Assembly: GCA_965285935.1 (NCBI GenBank) | Contig: OZ260661.1 | Span: forward strand, 38,192,001-38,256,000 | Direction of reading: 5' to 3' | Origin: Ophelia neglecta | Lineage: Eukaryota | Length of the DNA stretch: 64,000 bases | In this document: piece by piece, positions 13,601 through 25,458 of the stretch | Layout of the letters: each line of letters opens with the position of its first letter | Position numbering within the stretch: the stretch's first letter is position 1 | Notes under the pieces: model-generated | Seen by the model: the letters and a program-made list of their open reading frames with translations, nothing else | Told to the model about the DNA's origin: nothing | The model's database searches: none | Program-made: the position numbers and the translations under genes

Positions 13601-16600
13601 TGTGTTGTCTAGATGTCACGATGTCGTGGCACATAAACATGGGGTATATCAATATTGTCAGCGGTATTTTATACTTTGCCATAGAAATGCAGGAACAGTG
13701 TAGAAGTAAATCTAATCAACGATCAGAAATACCATCTGTCTCATAATTTATCCATGAAAAGTGACTGGTGTCATGGGATTTCTTTTGTTTGTTTATGGTC
13801 ATTACACCCTAATGGAAGAGTGCCTTAAATTGAAAAAAGTTATTAAATTTGCAGGTGAGTTTAAAATGGATCTATTCATAATGGTTCAATACTGTCTTTA
13901 GGTGTAAAATTCAAGTCTTTATCACTATATAATTGTGTGTTTTATCTTTTAGAATGCTCTTTTGGAAGTACAGTAGGCGCCTTCACAATAAGTAATCGGT
14001 CAGGGAAGGCTCGTTAACCTAATTTAACCTGGAGTCCCTGACCACATGTTTTCTGGTGCCTACATTGTATGGAAACAGCTGTCAAAAATGACAATTATTT
14101 GCTTGTTAGTCCATATGCCATGGTGCTAGATGCCATATTGGCTGGAAAGGAGGAAAAATGGTCAAATTTACCTGCCAATTAGCTCTGTCATTTTCATCGT
14201 GGGCAATGTGTCAGCCAATTGTGTAAGCCGGGTGTGAGATCAGATCATTGGAACAGACTTCCTAATGAGAACCATTCACTTTTAGTAGACATTAAGGTTG
14301 TAATAAACATCTTTTTACAGTTGTACGAAGATAATGCAATTTGTCAAACCTGGTCCGTTTTTCTGTTTCCTCGATTTCATTCGTGACCATTTTCAATTCA
14401 TATTGTGACACCTGACAAGTCAGTGTGGGTGAGAATGTTTTATGTTTACTTTATTAATACTTTAAGGTATTAGTTGATTTTAAGCCTTGTTTTGCTCTGG
14501 CAGTACAAAGGGTAATAGTCTTAGCACGTTATCGCGTCTGCCTACAAGCATATTATGAACCATGCCTGTAGAGTCTTTGATGTGATTTCTCCCATACTTC
14601 CTGAGCCTTGCCTGCCAAATGCCCAGTGTATTGTTCAAGTAGGCTCCTTTCTGTTCAGCTTTAATGCATGCCTTTTGATAAAACTACACTGGTATAGAAA
14701 TCAGAAGTGGAGGACCACCGGAGTTAGAAAGCAGACGGCTTGAATCAATGTCAAGCACTAGCCAGTGCCAGGTATTAATTTACGATTTCAATGATTCCCT
14801 CCCACAAGTCACTAATCGGAGAAGAGAATGTTGTCAGCTGAATGGTTATTTAAATGGAGGCCCACTCACCAAACTCATTGAATTCATTAGCCTAGGTAAA
14901 ATATTGAATAAAAACAAGTGATTGGTTGACTGGCTGCCTTTGCCTTGCCTGTCTAAGTGGCTGACCTCCCGCTGCCCACAGGCAAATATCACATGAAAAT
15001 GTAAAGACATTATGCTTTAAAAGAAAATTTTAGCACCACACCACCAAGACGGCTGATATTGTTTCCCTAAAGAATCTCACTGTGGTGACTTTGACTTAAA
15101 TCCAATCATGATATTCTCTGCCAGATTGCAGGTATGTACTTGGTGAAATTTACTTTCCTTTGAATGTTTCTTATGCACTACGTTTGGTTATTCAACGTAC
15201 CAATTGGAATTGTTCATGAAATTATTGGCATTTCCAGCAGAATGGACAGTACAATGCCTAAGTAGCTATCCATCTAATCTGTAGCATCTAAATTTATAGA
15301 CACAAGTGACAAAATGGGGTCTATAGGGGCTTGATCAGTTGGTTGCATGCAAGCATGTGTTCCCAGTGTACTTAAAACACCATAATGAAGCCTGTATTTA
15401 GTCCATGGCAAAAAGTGCTGTGGGGCTTTATACAATTTGGAAGTGGCATGACCAAACTTCATAAAAACTCTCAAGCTCCATTGTTGTGTTTTCTCATTAG
15501 GCTGCCTCAAGTCACATACATATGCCTGCTGTATTTTATTTTTCATTGAAGCCCAATACTTGATGTAAGGAATAACTATATGGTGATATGGATTGGGGCA
15601 TAATGAGACAAAAAAATAGTCACATCATGCACAGAATTCATTCATGAAATGTGCAAGTCTGAATGATGTAAAACAGTTCTGATACTGTGTATTCATACAG
15701 TTACAATACCTCCTATATAAAACATAGGAGAACACTGTTTACAAGAAGTCTAAAAAATACCATAATGGTTACAATTGATGCTACCTCATCCACTGAACCA
15801 TCAATGGCTTCAACGGGCATACTGCTTCATTGTGGGCCGGTGGATTGTTATGAGTAATCAACCAGTAAGTAGTGCACACTTCTTTAGAAACAAGACAATG
15901 TTGAACAAATATCTACTATACATACTAGGCCTACATGCAAAAAGGTGTTGGATTTATTTAATAGGTATCTTGTGGCATCGGTAAAATATTCCTCCTGACA
16001 TTACCTCTCAGTTTTATGAAAGGCTGGTCAAAAAGTAATATATTCTGCAGATTTTTCCTAATCACTGTGCTTTGAAAATTGGTAAAGGGATCATTGAACT
16101 GTTAAATAAAGAATTTGCTTTGTTTCCTTGTTGGATGCTAAACCATTGTTGAAAGCGCTGAAGTCAATCAAAGTAAATGGGTATCTTATCTACAGTCAAC
16201 CCTCTTGTTATGGTTTTTATAATCACCCCTGTTGTTATCAGTTCTACAATTTTGCCTGGTTTATTGTAGTACCCATCCAATTATTCATTCAACATCAAGG
16301 AAGCATTAGAGAAAACGTGAGATACAATATAACATTATTATTTATTTGATTGCTTTGGAGAGGATTGAGAGAATTGACACTATTTCAATTTAAGTTAATG
16401 GAAGCTATATCAGTGCCTGTCAGCATTAAGAAATACCCAAAACCTTTGGTTATCAACCCAAATGTTTATTACATGTAATTAGTTTCAATAATCTCCCAGC
16501 CAGTTTTAGATGATAAGTATTTTTGGAATGCTAGACTTTACGTTTCATGTATGTGATTACTGATAAGACAAAATTGTTTATGGAACTTTCTTTTAATCTG

Positions 16601-19600
16601 GAAGAAAAATTGCAAATTATTTTATCTGATTTAGTTAGAATATTTTTCAAGCTTTTGATATTTCTGCTTTCCCAGATGTGCCATGTCAAGTCCGTGTCCT
16701 CAAAAGCCACTAGCAGGCTACTGCCTGAGTAAATATGTTGTCAAAACTTTACAATAATGGCAATTCTCAGTACATGTCCAGATTGACGCTAGGTTTTGTT
16801 GAATGGCAATTGTTACTACTGCAAATAGTTTGGTGATCCTATATTTACCCACTTAGTCATAAAATATTTATATTCCCACTGTCCTAGTTGGACAGAGTTC
16901 AAAGGACGACAGGAGTATTGTGGAAGTGAAGGAAAAATAAAGGTGAATCAATTCTGTGCATGTTTTCATGAGGTTGTTTTGTGATGCCCAACTGCCACAA
17001 TTGTTGATTTTCCATCACTGTTAAAGAAGAAAAGATGCGATTGGTTGTTTTTGTAGTATTCCAGATGTTGTATTATTGATTGGCATTGGCTGCTGTAGCT
17101 GGAGGGGAAGAGTGTTATAAAAAGAAAACCTTTGAGCATTGGTATTTCTATACATGACCTGTTATTCTTATAAAAAAAGGGCAATATTTCATTTCAATCC
17201 CTGAGAAATTCAAGTATGCATTGTTATTTTCATGGATCACTGATTTTGACAGTTGTCATTATTCCTTCCACTACATTTCACTAACATCTAGTGAGGAAAT
17301 TAAGTGAATATGCCACTTGTGACATATTGGTGACATATTGGATTGTTTGTGATAATTGGAATCTTGCTTTCAATATTCGGTGTACTGCTGTAGTTTATCA
17401 CATTCCTTTTGTGTGGTCAGTTCTTGTTGACAAATAACCTGCTCTTGGTAAGTTAGCCATGACTAATCCTCAGTAGCAGTTTCAATCTTTTGTATGTAAA
17501 TTTACTGGTCAGGTTACTAAATTCACAAACTTTCAGGCCACACCCAGTGAGGACTGTTCTCCTGTTCCCTGTCCACTGTTACATTATCTTGTCTCACTGT
17601 AACCTGAACCCACTGGCTATTGTTGAGTTGACATGGGTGTTGAGGAGAGGTCCAGGCTTGTCATCCACAGTAACAGTGGTAACAGTGCCGCATTGTGACA
17701 CACTGATACCCAACACTTAAAACACTTTGATATTGAAATGGGGCACAACCTGTGATATTTGCCAAGACCTTGTCAGACATAGTGATTTGACAGTACTCCT
17801 GCACGTCAAGAGGCTATGTCCAGGTAATTTGTACCCAAGTAGTACAGTAGGTGATGCCAGAGATAACAGAGTTATGTGTATAGACAGCTTGTTATTATTC
17901 AGTGGACTGTAGGCAGGTGAGTGTAGATAAATATGTAATGGCTTCCTGACATTTTGTAAGAATAACCTTATAGGTAGTCATCATGAGACTGTATGGTATC
18001 CTGGGTAGTGCCACGGTACAGCTAGGCAGGGCCTGGAATGTCACTGTGTCAGAGGATCCTCTCAGACCCGGAGCCATGGCCACTGTCAGGAGAGAAGCCT
18101 TTAATTACTGCTGTGTAATATCGCCAGGTGAGCTTTTCAGATGTGTCCCCCTTCAGGGTACTGTGTCTGGAGGCTGTGTGGTAAGACGCAATGACATGCC
18201 ACCAGCTTAGAGTGCCACATGGACAACTCACACTAGCCTAGTTAGCATGCTATAGTAATCTACTAACAGGGAGGCTGACGTGGTGAAAAGATGTGTGAAT
18301 ACTCTGTGCCAGTGTTATATGGAAATTAAAGTCTATTGCTACATAATGTATGGAAATTTAAGTATGAGACAGAACAGTATTACCATTCACATCAGCATAT
18401 CAGGTGAGAGGAAATATCAAGCCGCTGTGGCATTTTAACCTTGGTAAATAGGCAATTTGGACGTAAACCAAGAGTAGGATGTGGTGGGATGTGGATAGGG
18501 TGAGAAGGTGTGTAGTCTTATCAGAGGGTATAGAATTTATATTTTATACCTGTGTATTGTCTAACTGTCACAGTCCATAGGTGCATCACCCAACAGTAGA
18601 GAAGGATTCACTGTATCATCAGTTGTGAAAATGTGCCAATTTGGAATATATCTATATTCCAATTTGGAATATATCTATGCGCAATTGTAAAATTGGTGAT
18701 TGCTGGTGTTTCCCTGTGACTCATTAAACAGGTATCATCTGATCATTTGAGAACTTTACATTATGCAAATTCAAGCTATGGCTTATTGATCAAAGATGTT
18801 ATTTTGAATTTCTGATTTATTTCAAAATATCCTGTTTGGAGAAGCGAGCCTAAACTTGTAAAACAGTGGATGTAGGTAATTCTCCAAGCATGTGTTTGCC
18901 TGTCCCCTGGTGAATAATATTACTGTTTTTAAGTGATTCAGTCAAAGGCAATCATGTTAACTCTTGGAAGTTCCTTGTTTATAGTGAATTTACCACACAG
19001 CTTAAACAAGAAAGCTCTTTGATGTATAAAACATATATTTGCTGATTCTGCTTATCACTACACTGATTATAAGACCAACATTTCACCTTCAAGCCATTCA
19101 GATGTTAACATTTGTTTTTGATGTAGTGTTATGTTGACTATAGATACGGTATCGGCCTACATTGTTTCCCAATGTTGACTATGTATTTATCGTTATTTAG
19201 CACCTTGCGCTTAGCATAAGAAGTTTTCTGTTTGACTAGGGCAACAGACTGTGTTGGTTATTGTAATAGGTACAAATAGAGCTTCGAGATCACAAGTTTG
19301 AAGAATTGAACCAATTACATTGTAGTTTCCTTCCTAAAATTGGCAACAGCTCTTCGGCGTCTTTGATCAACGGGTTAGAAGGATGTTCATGGTCAGGTCT
19401 TTGAAGTGCACAAATAGTTAGTACAGGTAGGGTCCCTCGGGTATTAAGTCCTCCACAAATAGCTTGTACAGGTAGGGTAGGTAGGGTCCCGCGGGTATTA
19501 AGACGGTTCAGAAGGCTGCTCCACTTCAAACTGATGCTGCTTTAACCTGTTAACAAGTGTGACTGTATTGAGAGATGTGCTCAGATGAAATGCTGAAATG

Positions 19601-19884
19601 GCTTTCAGCAGACAATAGTTTTGGATGTAGTTTTGGAGATTGCATTAATATGTATTCATATGGAACATGGTATGCATTTAATATGCTTAAATAGATTTTT
19701 AGAAGCATTTCCATTAGTATTATCTGTCCAGGATGTCACAATGCCTTTGTTGGTATTGATTCAGACAGCTTGTCTTGTTGGCTTTAGCATAAATGATCCT
19801 TGATTGCTTGTGAATAATGTAATACATGTATAGGTAAGAATTCCAGATGTGTATTGAATCAGTGTCAGAGTTAGTAGTCCACCC

Positions 19885-19963
19885 TTAACTCATTCAAGCA
19901 AACATGAAATTATGCCTCCTGAATGGGTGGTCATATCAACTATTTCATGTGTGAATGAGTTAA
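19885..19963. mobile_element. 79-bp TTAA-bounded hairpin MITE remnant in the LZTS intron
   Basis: TTAACTCATTCA pairs with TGAATGAGTTAA, plus inner CATGAAAT/ATTTCATG. Confidence 0.5.
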
Positions 19964-20626
19964 CTATGTCACTGCTACAGGTGGAGATTATATGTCCAAA
20001 ATAGCTAGGGTATTCATAGAAAATCAGCTGTGAATAAGTGAGGCATGAGAATGTAAATGTTCAGATAGAGGAACACATGTGAATAGCCAATGGTGTAACA
20101 TCTGTAATATATCACCGGGCTCCTCAAGGTGACATGTTAAAGTGGTGATGTAGCTAGATGTAATTCCTGTTAATTGCTGGAAATACAGATTAATTAATGA
20201 TGATTGTAGTGAAATATTTGGTTTGCAAAATGATGTCACATAAAACAACCATTTCAAGACGTGACACAGCAGGACCCAAGTGTCAGGAAGTACAATAGAT
20301 TACTCTGGCCTGTGATAAATACATATTCATTATTATGGCCCCCAGCTAATCATAAATATGATGCATAGATATGAACACATCCTTGAGTGACTGTGAGAGT
20401 GTCATCTCATTCTTATTGTTCAGACATTAATAATGAAGTATTATAAAGCCTAGCATGTTTCTTGCCTTGTAACACAAGCTGGCTTCCTCAATCTTGTTTT
20501 TCAGTGCCCAGGTACATGTACATCATCACAGTTTCCAAGAAAATACTAAATTCTGTATTCTTACCATATATTATTGCAATGAATCACATTGAAATATGAT
20601 TTTAAGATAGTTCTTCCTATTTTCAG

Positions 20627-22138
20627 AGCCCCAACAAGTCGCTGATCAGGCCGATTGCGTTCAAGCCCATTGTGACGCCTCACATGCGTTATGTCCCTAC
20701 TCCTCAACATCAGCAACACTCTCCAGCATCTAGTCTCCACTCCCAGCCACTTTCCCCCAGACAAACGCTGTCTCCACGACAACACGCCACGCCGCAGCGA
20801 CACCACTCCCACGACGGCCACTTCTCGCCGGCAGCCAGACATCACTCGTATGACGGCCACGCCACTCCGCCCCACAGACAGCACTCATACGATGTGGGCA
20901 TGAGGGCGGCGGTGACTCACAGCCAGGACGATGGCTACATCTCTCAGGAATACGGGCAGTCAGGAAGTCACAGCCACAGTAACTCTAACACCTCTCAGGG
21001 CTCGCTACACATGGACACCTCGGATAGGTCCATCAGCTACATGAGCCACTCGGACTTCCACAACCAGTCTCAGCACAGCCAACGCTCAGACCGCTCTGAT
21101 CGGCCAGAGTCCTTTACCAGCTCAAACCTGAGCAGGGTCTCCTCCCATCATGGCGACGCCTACATGCAGACCCCCTCGCCCAGCGACAGCGGTGTGGGAG
21201 AACTGGAGGCCATGCTACGCGACAAGGACGCCGAAATACAGAAACTACGAGAGACAATGGAGAAAAATGAAACTGCCATTCTGCAGGTGTACAAGGAAAG
21301 AAAGGAAAACTATGAGATGGAGATTCATGAATTGAACCAAGAGTGGGAGAGAAGGCTTAGGTTTCAACAGCAAAAAGCATTTAAAACTGAACAGGGACTC
21401 CTAATGCAGCTGTTCAAGATTCAACAAGAGAGAAAGGCACTAAGACATTCACTTGATCAGGCGCGTGCCGAGAAGGATGTTCTCCAGCAAAGGTGTTCAA
21501 GTGTGGACGGAGAAATGAAGACTCTCAAAGCTAAATTGGAGGAAACACAGTGGGAGATGTGTCAAAAATCAGGAGAAATCTCTCTTCTGAAACAGCAACT
21601 CAAAGAGGCCAAAGAGGAAGCATCTACAAAGTCCACTGATCTGGTGGGTGTCAAGGCTCAGCTACGCGAGTTTCGTCAATATAAGGATACTACTCAGGGG
21701 GAGATTCAGTCACTAAAACAGGACCATGAAATTGCCAAATTAGAATTCGAAAAAGCCAAGCTTGAACTTGAGCAAGCGCAAAAGGATTTACAGAAGCTGG
21801 AATCAGACCATGCCAAGTGCAGAAACAATAACAATGTGAGTGAGCCTGATTGTATTAGCAGCCATTCAGACAATGATAAAGTGAGCACAGAGCTGAAAAC
21901 ATTGAAAGAAGAATTAGATAAAAGCAAAGGGGAGTTTGAAATGGAGAGACAGCAATGGTTGGAAGAGAAAAACAAAGTCATCAGATATCAAAAGCATCTA
22001 CAGCTGAACTATGTGCAAATGTACCGAAAGAATCGCATGTTGGAAGCAGAGGTGGAACAGTTGACATTGGAGCTGGAGAGCAGAGATATCCAGCTGAGTT
22101 CAGATGGCGCCATGGTGGAGGAAGAGTCAATGTGCTAA
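20627..22138 (+). CDS. LZTS: LZTS/Fezzin-family protein, last coding exon (Ser/His-rich region plus Fez1 coiled coil); joined protein about 725 aa
   Basis: Acceptor ttcctattttcag ends at 20626, in frame with ORF 20672-22138. Family motifs KLEETQWEMCQKSGEISLLKQQLKE and FEMERQQWLEEKNKVIRYQKHLQLNYVQMYRKNRMLE. Confidence 0.92.
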   Translation, partial: SPNKSLIRPIAFKPIVTPHMRYVPTPQHQQHSPASSLHSQPLSPRQTLSPRQHATPQRHHSHDGHFSPAARHHSYDGHATPPHRQHSYDVGMRAAVTHSQDDGYISQEYGQSGSHSHSNSNTSQGSLHMDTSDRSISYMSHSDFHNQSQHSQRSDRSDRPESFTSSNLSRVSSHHGDAYMQTPSPSDSGVGELEAMLRDKDAEIQKLRETMEKNETAILQVYKERKENYEMEIHELNQEWERRLRFQQQKAFKTEQGLLMQLFKIQQERKALRHSLDQARAEKDVLQQRCSSVDGEMKTLKAKLEETQWEMCQKSGEISLLKQQLKEAKEEASTKSTDLVGVKAQLREFRQYKDTTQGEIQSLKQDHEIAKLEFEKAKLELEQAQKDLQKLESDHAKCRNNNNVSEPDCISSHSDNDKVSTELKTLKEELDKSKGEFEMERQQWLEEKNKVIRYQKHLQLNYVQMYRKNRMLEAEVEQLTLELESRDIQLSSDGAMVEEESMC

Positions 22139-24989
22139 TGTATGTGTTAGTAGTGAATGACAAACAATATACAGTGTGATGACATCAAGACCGTGTGAGA
22201 GAGAAATATTATGTAGGAGATGTCAACATTTATTATGAAATCCTTCATTAGTGTGGCTGTAGACCTTGGGCCTTCTGCTTCCATCCTATCATTAACCTGT
22301 GTGTAAGACATTATGTATGCCCAGTGCTGCACAGAGACAAAACAATGTACAAGGCATTATCTTCATAACTTTGTTCATCAGACTCTAATTGAATTTCAGA
22401 CTTGCAGACTTCCAACTTGTATTTGTTTGAAGCATTGTATAAACTCTAAAGGATTGTGTCAATATCTATGGCTCTACACAGCTATAGGAGTGTCTGTGGA
22501 AAGACTTAATAGATAAGTGTACTTTGCAAGCACATATAAGTTTTACATGTTCAGATCATGTGGGGCGGCCCCTAGGATTAGTATTATAGGATTTGTAGGG
22601 ACTATTAATACTTGGAAGTAGTGCACACATTTGACCCCTGTCGTCGAGGATTTGATGTCATTTTTTCATGGTTTTATTTTCACAGGTTTGTGAAGTTCCA
22701 GGCATTCTGTTGGAGTCATTTTCAGTTTGAGATGGTGCTATCCAGTGTAGTATATTGTATTTATATAGACTATAGACTTTGTGTGTACATGAAGGTTGTC
22801 CTCTGCCAGTTGTATATATGAACCTAAAAGTTGCTTTTAAAATGAGGTTTAATCTTGTTATGTATGGAAAGATCCATTATGCACATTAATTGTAAAACCA
22901 AGCATTAGAATAACTATTCTTGCACCTACTTTAGTCACCGTCATTGAACCCATACAAGGACACCCTCTCATAGACCGATATGTCATCCAAATTGGGGAAT
23001 CTCCACCAGGAGTAGATCTGAGAGATGTGGAGTGATCTAAACAAACACTGTAGTATACCTGTATACATATTGTCTCAGTGGCTCATTCTTGTAACCAACT
23101 GTGGCACATGTCATCTAGTGTGCATAAGGTTTAAGAACCAATATCTTTTTGTCTGTTGGTTGTCTTTTTTCAACTGGGTGGTCCCCTAGCTATGTCTAGT
23201 TCCTCTAGAGCTTGCTGTGAGAGGGACAATGCCATAAGTACTAGGATAGCACTGGCTGGACAGGGGACTGGTCAAATTGACCATATAAGAAAATTTATTG
23301 TGTAAGAAGCATAAAGGTGTTCTTTTATGTGTCAAAGATATTCCCACTTTAGGTCGAAATGTGGAGATTCGCAACTCATATTATTTAATCTTCTGAGCTC
23401 TGGTGAAGTGACATGTACAAGAGAACAACAACATACTTGAATAAAAAATCCGGGATCAAGAGATGAGTAATAAATATACCACTCAACCATTGATCTGAAC
23501 AAAGGCCAGGAGAATGTTGACCATACACTTGACTAACACCTGATAAGATAAACTTTGTGCCAAGGGTAATCATTAATTCAAAAACGCGATAACATCTTTA
23601 TTCATGATTGTGAATATAAATGTTAGAAGAAAAGAATGCTAGTACTGTATTTACAGGAACTTATCTTTTAAGATCATTTTTTTGTCTCTTAGTTTGATAT
23701 TGACAATTTATGTTCAATTTATGGTAATCTTCAGTCCTAATAGTGTCGGGATTACATTTAATGAGTCATATTTTATACATTTCGTGCCCTTGATAAGGAA
23801 AGCTGAACACCCAGGTGCTCATTATAATATCATTGTGACAACTGGGCTGTATAATGGTGGTTAATGTATGACACATTCCTTTCCTCCTAACATCACTGTA
23901 GTCTGTTAAGTCACCGCGCCAAGCTCAGACATGTTGGTTTGACTCATAAGGTCTTAGCCTGACTGATTAATGACGACAGGCCTGGGTGGACCTTCAGATC
24001 AAAGTCGTCTGCTCCGGATGAGTATTTTTTACTAGACTTTCGTAGTTTTCCAGTAGGAGCAGATTGTATACTATTCATTGTGTTTATTATCCACCTATAG
24101 GTGTCTGAGAGGTGCTGTCAATAGATCAGCAGGATTAGGTCAGCCTATGATGTGGTCATAGGTCACGGCAGTACTATAGAGGCTGCAAATACCAATGAAA
24201 GATTTGTGTCAAATTGCTGGAAGTAATTAAGGTTATTTTAAACCCCTGGTTTCTTGTTATCCCCTTTTAAAAATGTGGCCACATATCATTGATTTTAATT
24301 TGTTATCCCCAGTTTGATAATCTCAGGCTTAACTTTTCGATCAGTTCTTGCGAGTATTCAAGGCTGAAATTATTTTTTCGAAAGCCATGAGCTGTTTTCA
24401 CTATATAGGGGTTTGAACAATTTTTGGGTTATTATAACATTACAATTATATTGGATCATTATATCATCTTCTATACTTATATCATAATTAAGGAACATTG
24501 TTTTACTTGAAATGCAATTTTATAAGGGCAGCCATGAAGAAGCAATTTAAACCAACCAAATACAGGTGAATTAAATAAATTATGCAGCATTAAAAAGTAG
24601 CATATCAGCAGTCTTGGCTGTAATTTTCTCAGTACACCACAAGTTGATGCCATTTTAGCTAAATGTACTCTGTATTTTTAGACTACATTTCATCTTGTTT
24701 ATCTCGACCGCTTTCCATTTTGTCCCTGACGTGTTCAGCATGTAAATTGTAACATATTTATTCTTCCTTCTAGCTGTTTTTGTTTCTGGTCTATTCAACA
24801 TTACTGATAATGGTAAAATGTTATCTTTAAAAGCAGTCATGTATGTGGGTGCCTGGTTCATAACTTTTGAAGGTTTTGTCTGGCAGGGCAACTGTACAGT
24901 GGTGTACATTGTATGTTGTACTAGAATGTACAGCATATGTATAACTGTAGTGTTTTTAGAAAGTGTACTTATCAATCTCCCATGTATGA

Positions 24990-24995
24990 AATAAA
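24990..24995 (+). terminator. Probable polyadenylation signal (AATAAA) of the LZTS gene; implies a 3'UTR of about 2.9 kb
   Basis: AATAAA preceded by several TGTA elements and followed by T/GT-rich sequence, just before the opposing FNTA signal. Confidence 0.55.
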
Positions 24996-25028
24996 ACCAA
25001 TATACATGTTCATATACATTTTGTTACA

Positions 25029-25034
25029 TTTATT
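25029..25034 (-). terminator. Probable polyadenylation signal of FNTA (AATAAA on - strand)
   Basis: TTTATT on the + strand, about 425 nt downstream of the FNTA stop codon. Confidence 0.55.
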
Positions 25035-25458
25035 ACATATTAACTTTACACACTACATATTTCAAAAAGATATTCTTGAACTAATTTAGCTGTATGACAC
25101 TTTGTTGAAACTAATACATCAGACTTACTAGAGGTGTTTCAGTATGGAACATCCACATTTTACTAGCAGACTAAATACATACATGCACATATAAAAGTTG
25201 AACCAGATGCTAGAATATACTGTGGACCTTATATATCAGAAAGCCTACAGTTCATTAATTATCTGTCATCAAATTTTCCCTTTTAATGCTTTATAACAGT
25301 GACATCTCATTTGAAGAGCCTATCCTACTAGCTAATTGCTTGATTTAACAACACAGTTCAGACAGGATAATAATAAGCAGCCTTGAAATACTTCACAATA
25401 CAAACAAATCCTGTGTGAGTGAGGATATTAGATTATCCTTCTAAGTATAATATCAGCT

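Noticed and set aside
1651-20626. Nested genes among the 60-110 aa ORFs in the LZTS intron
   Set aside because: No recognisable motifs and no chain of phase-compatible exons; lengths are as expected by chance.
20672-22138. Intronless 488-aa gene
   Set aside because: The ORF starts at GTG. Conserved LIRPIAFKP lies upstream of it and joins exon 985-1650 at a good acceptor.
22121-22138. CaaX prenylation motif on LZTS next to FNTA
   Set aside because: The protein ends EESMC, with Cys terminal rather than fourth from the end. It looks more like a PDZ-type tail.
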